Source: Synechocystis sp. PCC 6803 substr. PCC-P (GTDB lineage: Bacteria > Cyanobacteriota > Cyanobacteriia > Cyanobacteriales > Microcystaceae). Taken from it: 32,000 nucleotides of DNA. The stretch covers positions 1,650,001-1,682,000 of the forward strand of contig NC_017039.1 of NCBI RefSeq assembly GCF_000284455.1, in the 5' to 3' direction. Position numbers and translations under genes: made by a program. The notes beneath the pieces are model-generated. The model ran no database searches, was not told the DNA's origin, and was given only the letters and a program-made list of their open reading frames with translations. The stretch's first letter is position 1. Each line of letters starts with the position of its first letter. Below are positions 31,898-32,000 of this stretch, in pieces.

Positions 31898-32000
31898 TTA
31901 CCTCACCATCGCAAATAATTCGTCAAAGGACTGCACGGGAATATCCGGTTTACTGACAATTTCAACAATTTTATTTTTAGCACTGGGGCTAAAGAGAGAT
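31898..32000 (-). CDS. C-terminal end of an unidentified minus-strand protein running off the window
   Basis: Minus-strand frame is open from the window edge and ends ...SPSAKNKIVEIVSKPDIPVQSFDELFAMVR*; it is not in the provided ORF track. Confidence 0.45.
   Translation of the reverse strand, partial: SLFSPSAKNKIVEIVSKPDIPVQSFDELFAMVR

Overview
This is cyanobacterial chromosome. From protein content, gene order and the dense GCGATCGC (HIP1) octamers it matches, by recall, the Synechocystis sp. PCC 6803 slr1322-slr1334 / sll1237-sll1220 region; I could not run a search. Supported content: tldD (5' truncated at the window edge), prmC/hemK, a REC-first histidine kinase (Hik23-type), a small ORF, a PatD-like small protein (tentative), bifunctional relA/spoT, ahcY, an antitoxin/PIN-toxin pair, a transglutaminase-like protein, a Uma2-family protein, a GT1 glycosyltransferase, two minus-strand histidine kinases (Hik41/Hik4-type), ATP synthase beta and epsilon, an M16-family protein lacking the zinc motif, a divergent FabF-like ketosynthase, and the minus-strand bidirectional [NiFe]-hydrogenase cluster hoxE-hoxF-(Uma2)-hoxU-hoxY-(antitoxin/PIN toxin)-hoxH. 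These are followed by a decayed IS5-type transposase remnant, a phosphohexomutase and small ORFs. I found no CRISPR array, rRNA, tRNA, prophage or convincing new multi-gene system. The most interesting feature is the interleaving of a putative toxin-antitoxin pair and a Uma2-family gene within the hox gene row. Smaller points are the non-catalytic M16 protein, the PatD-like protein, the overlapping ORF at the 3' end of the phosphohexomutase, and two short tandem repeats.
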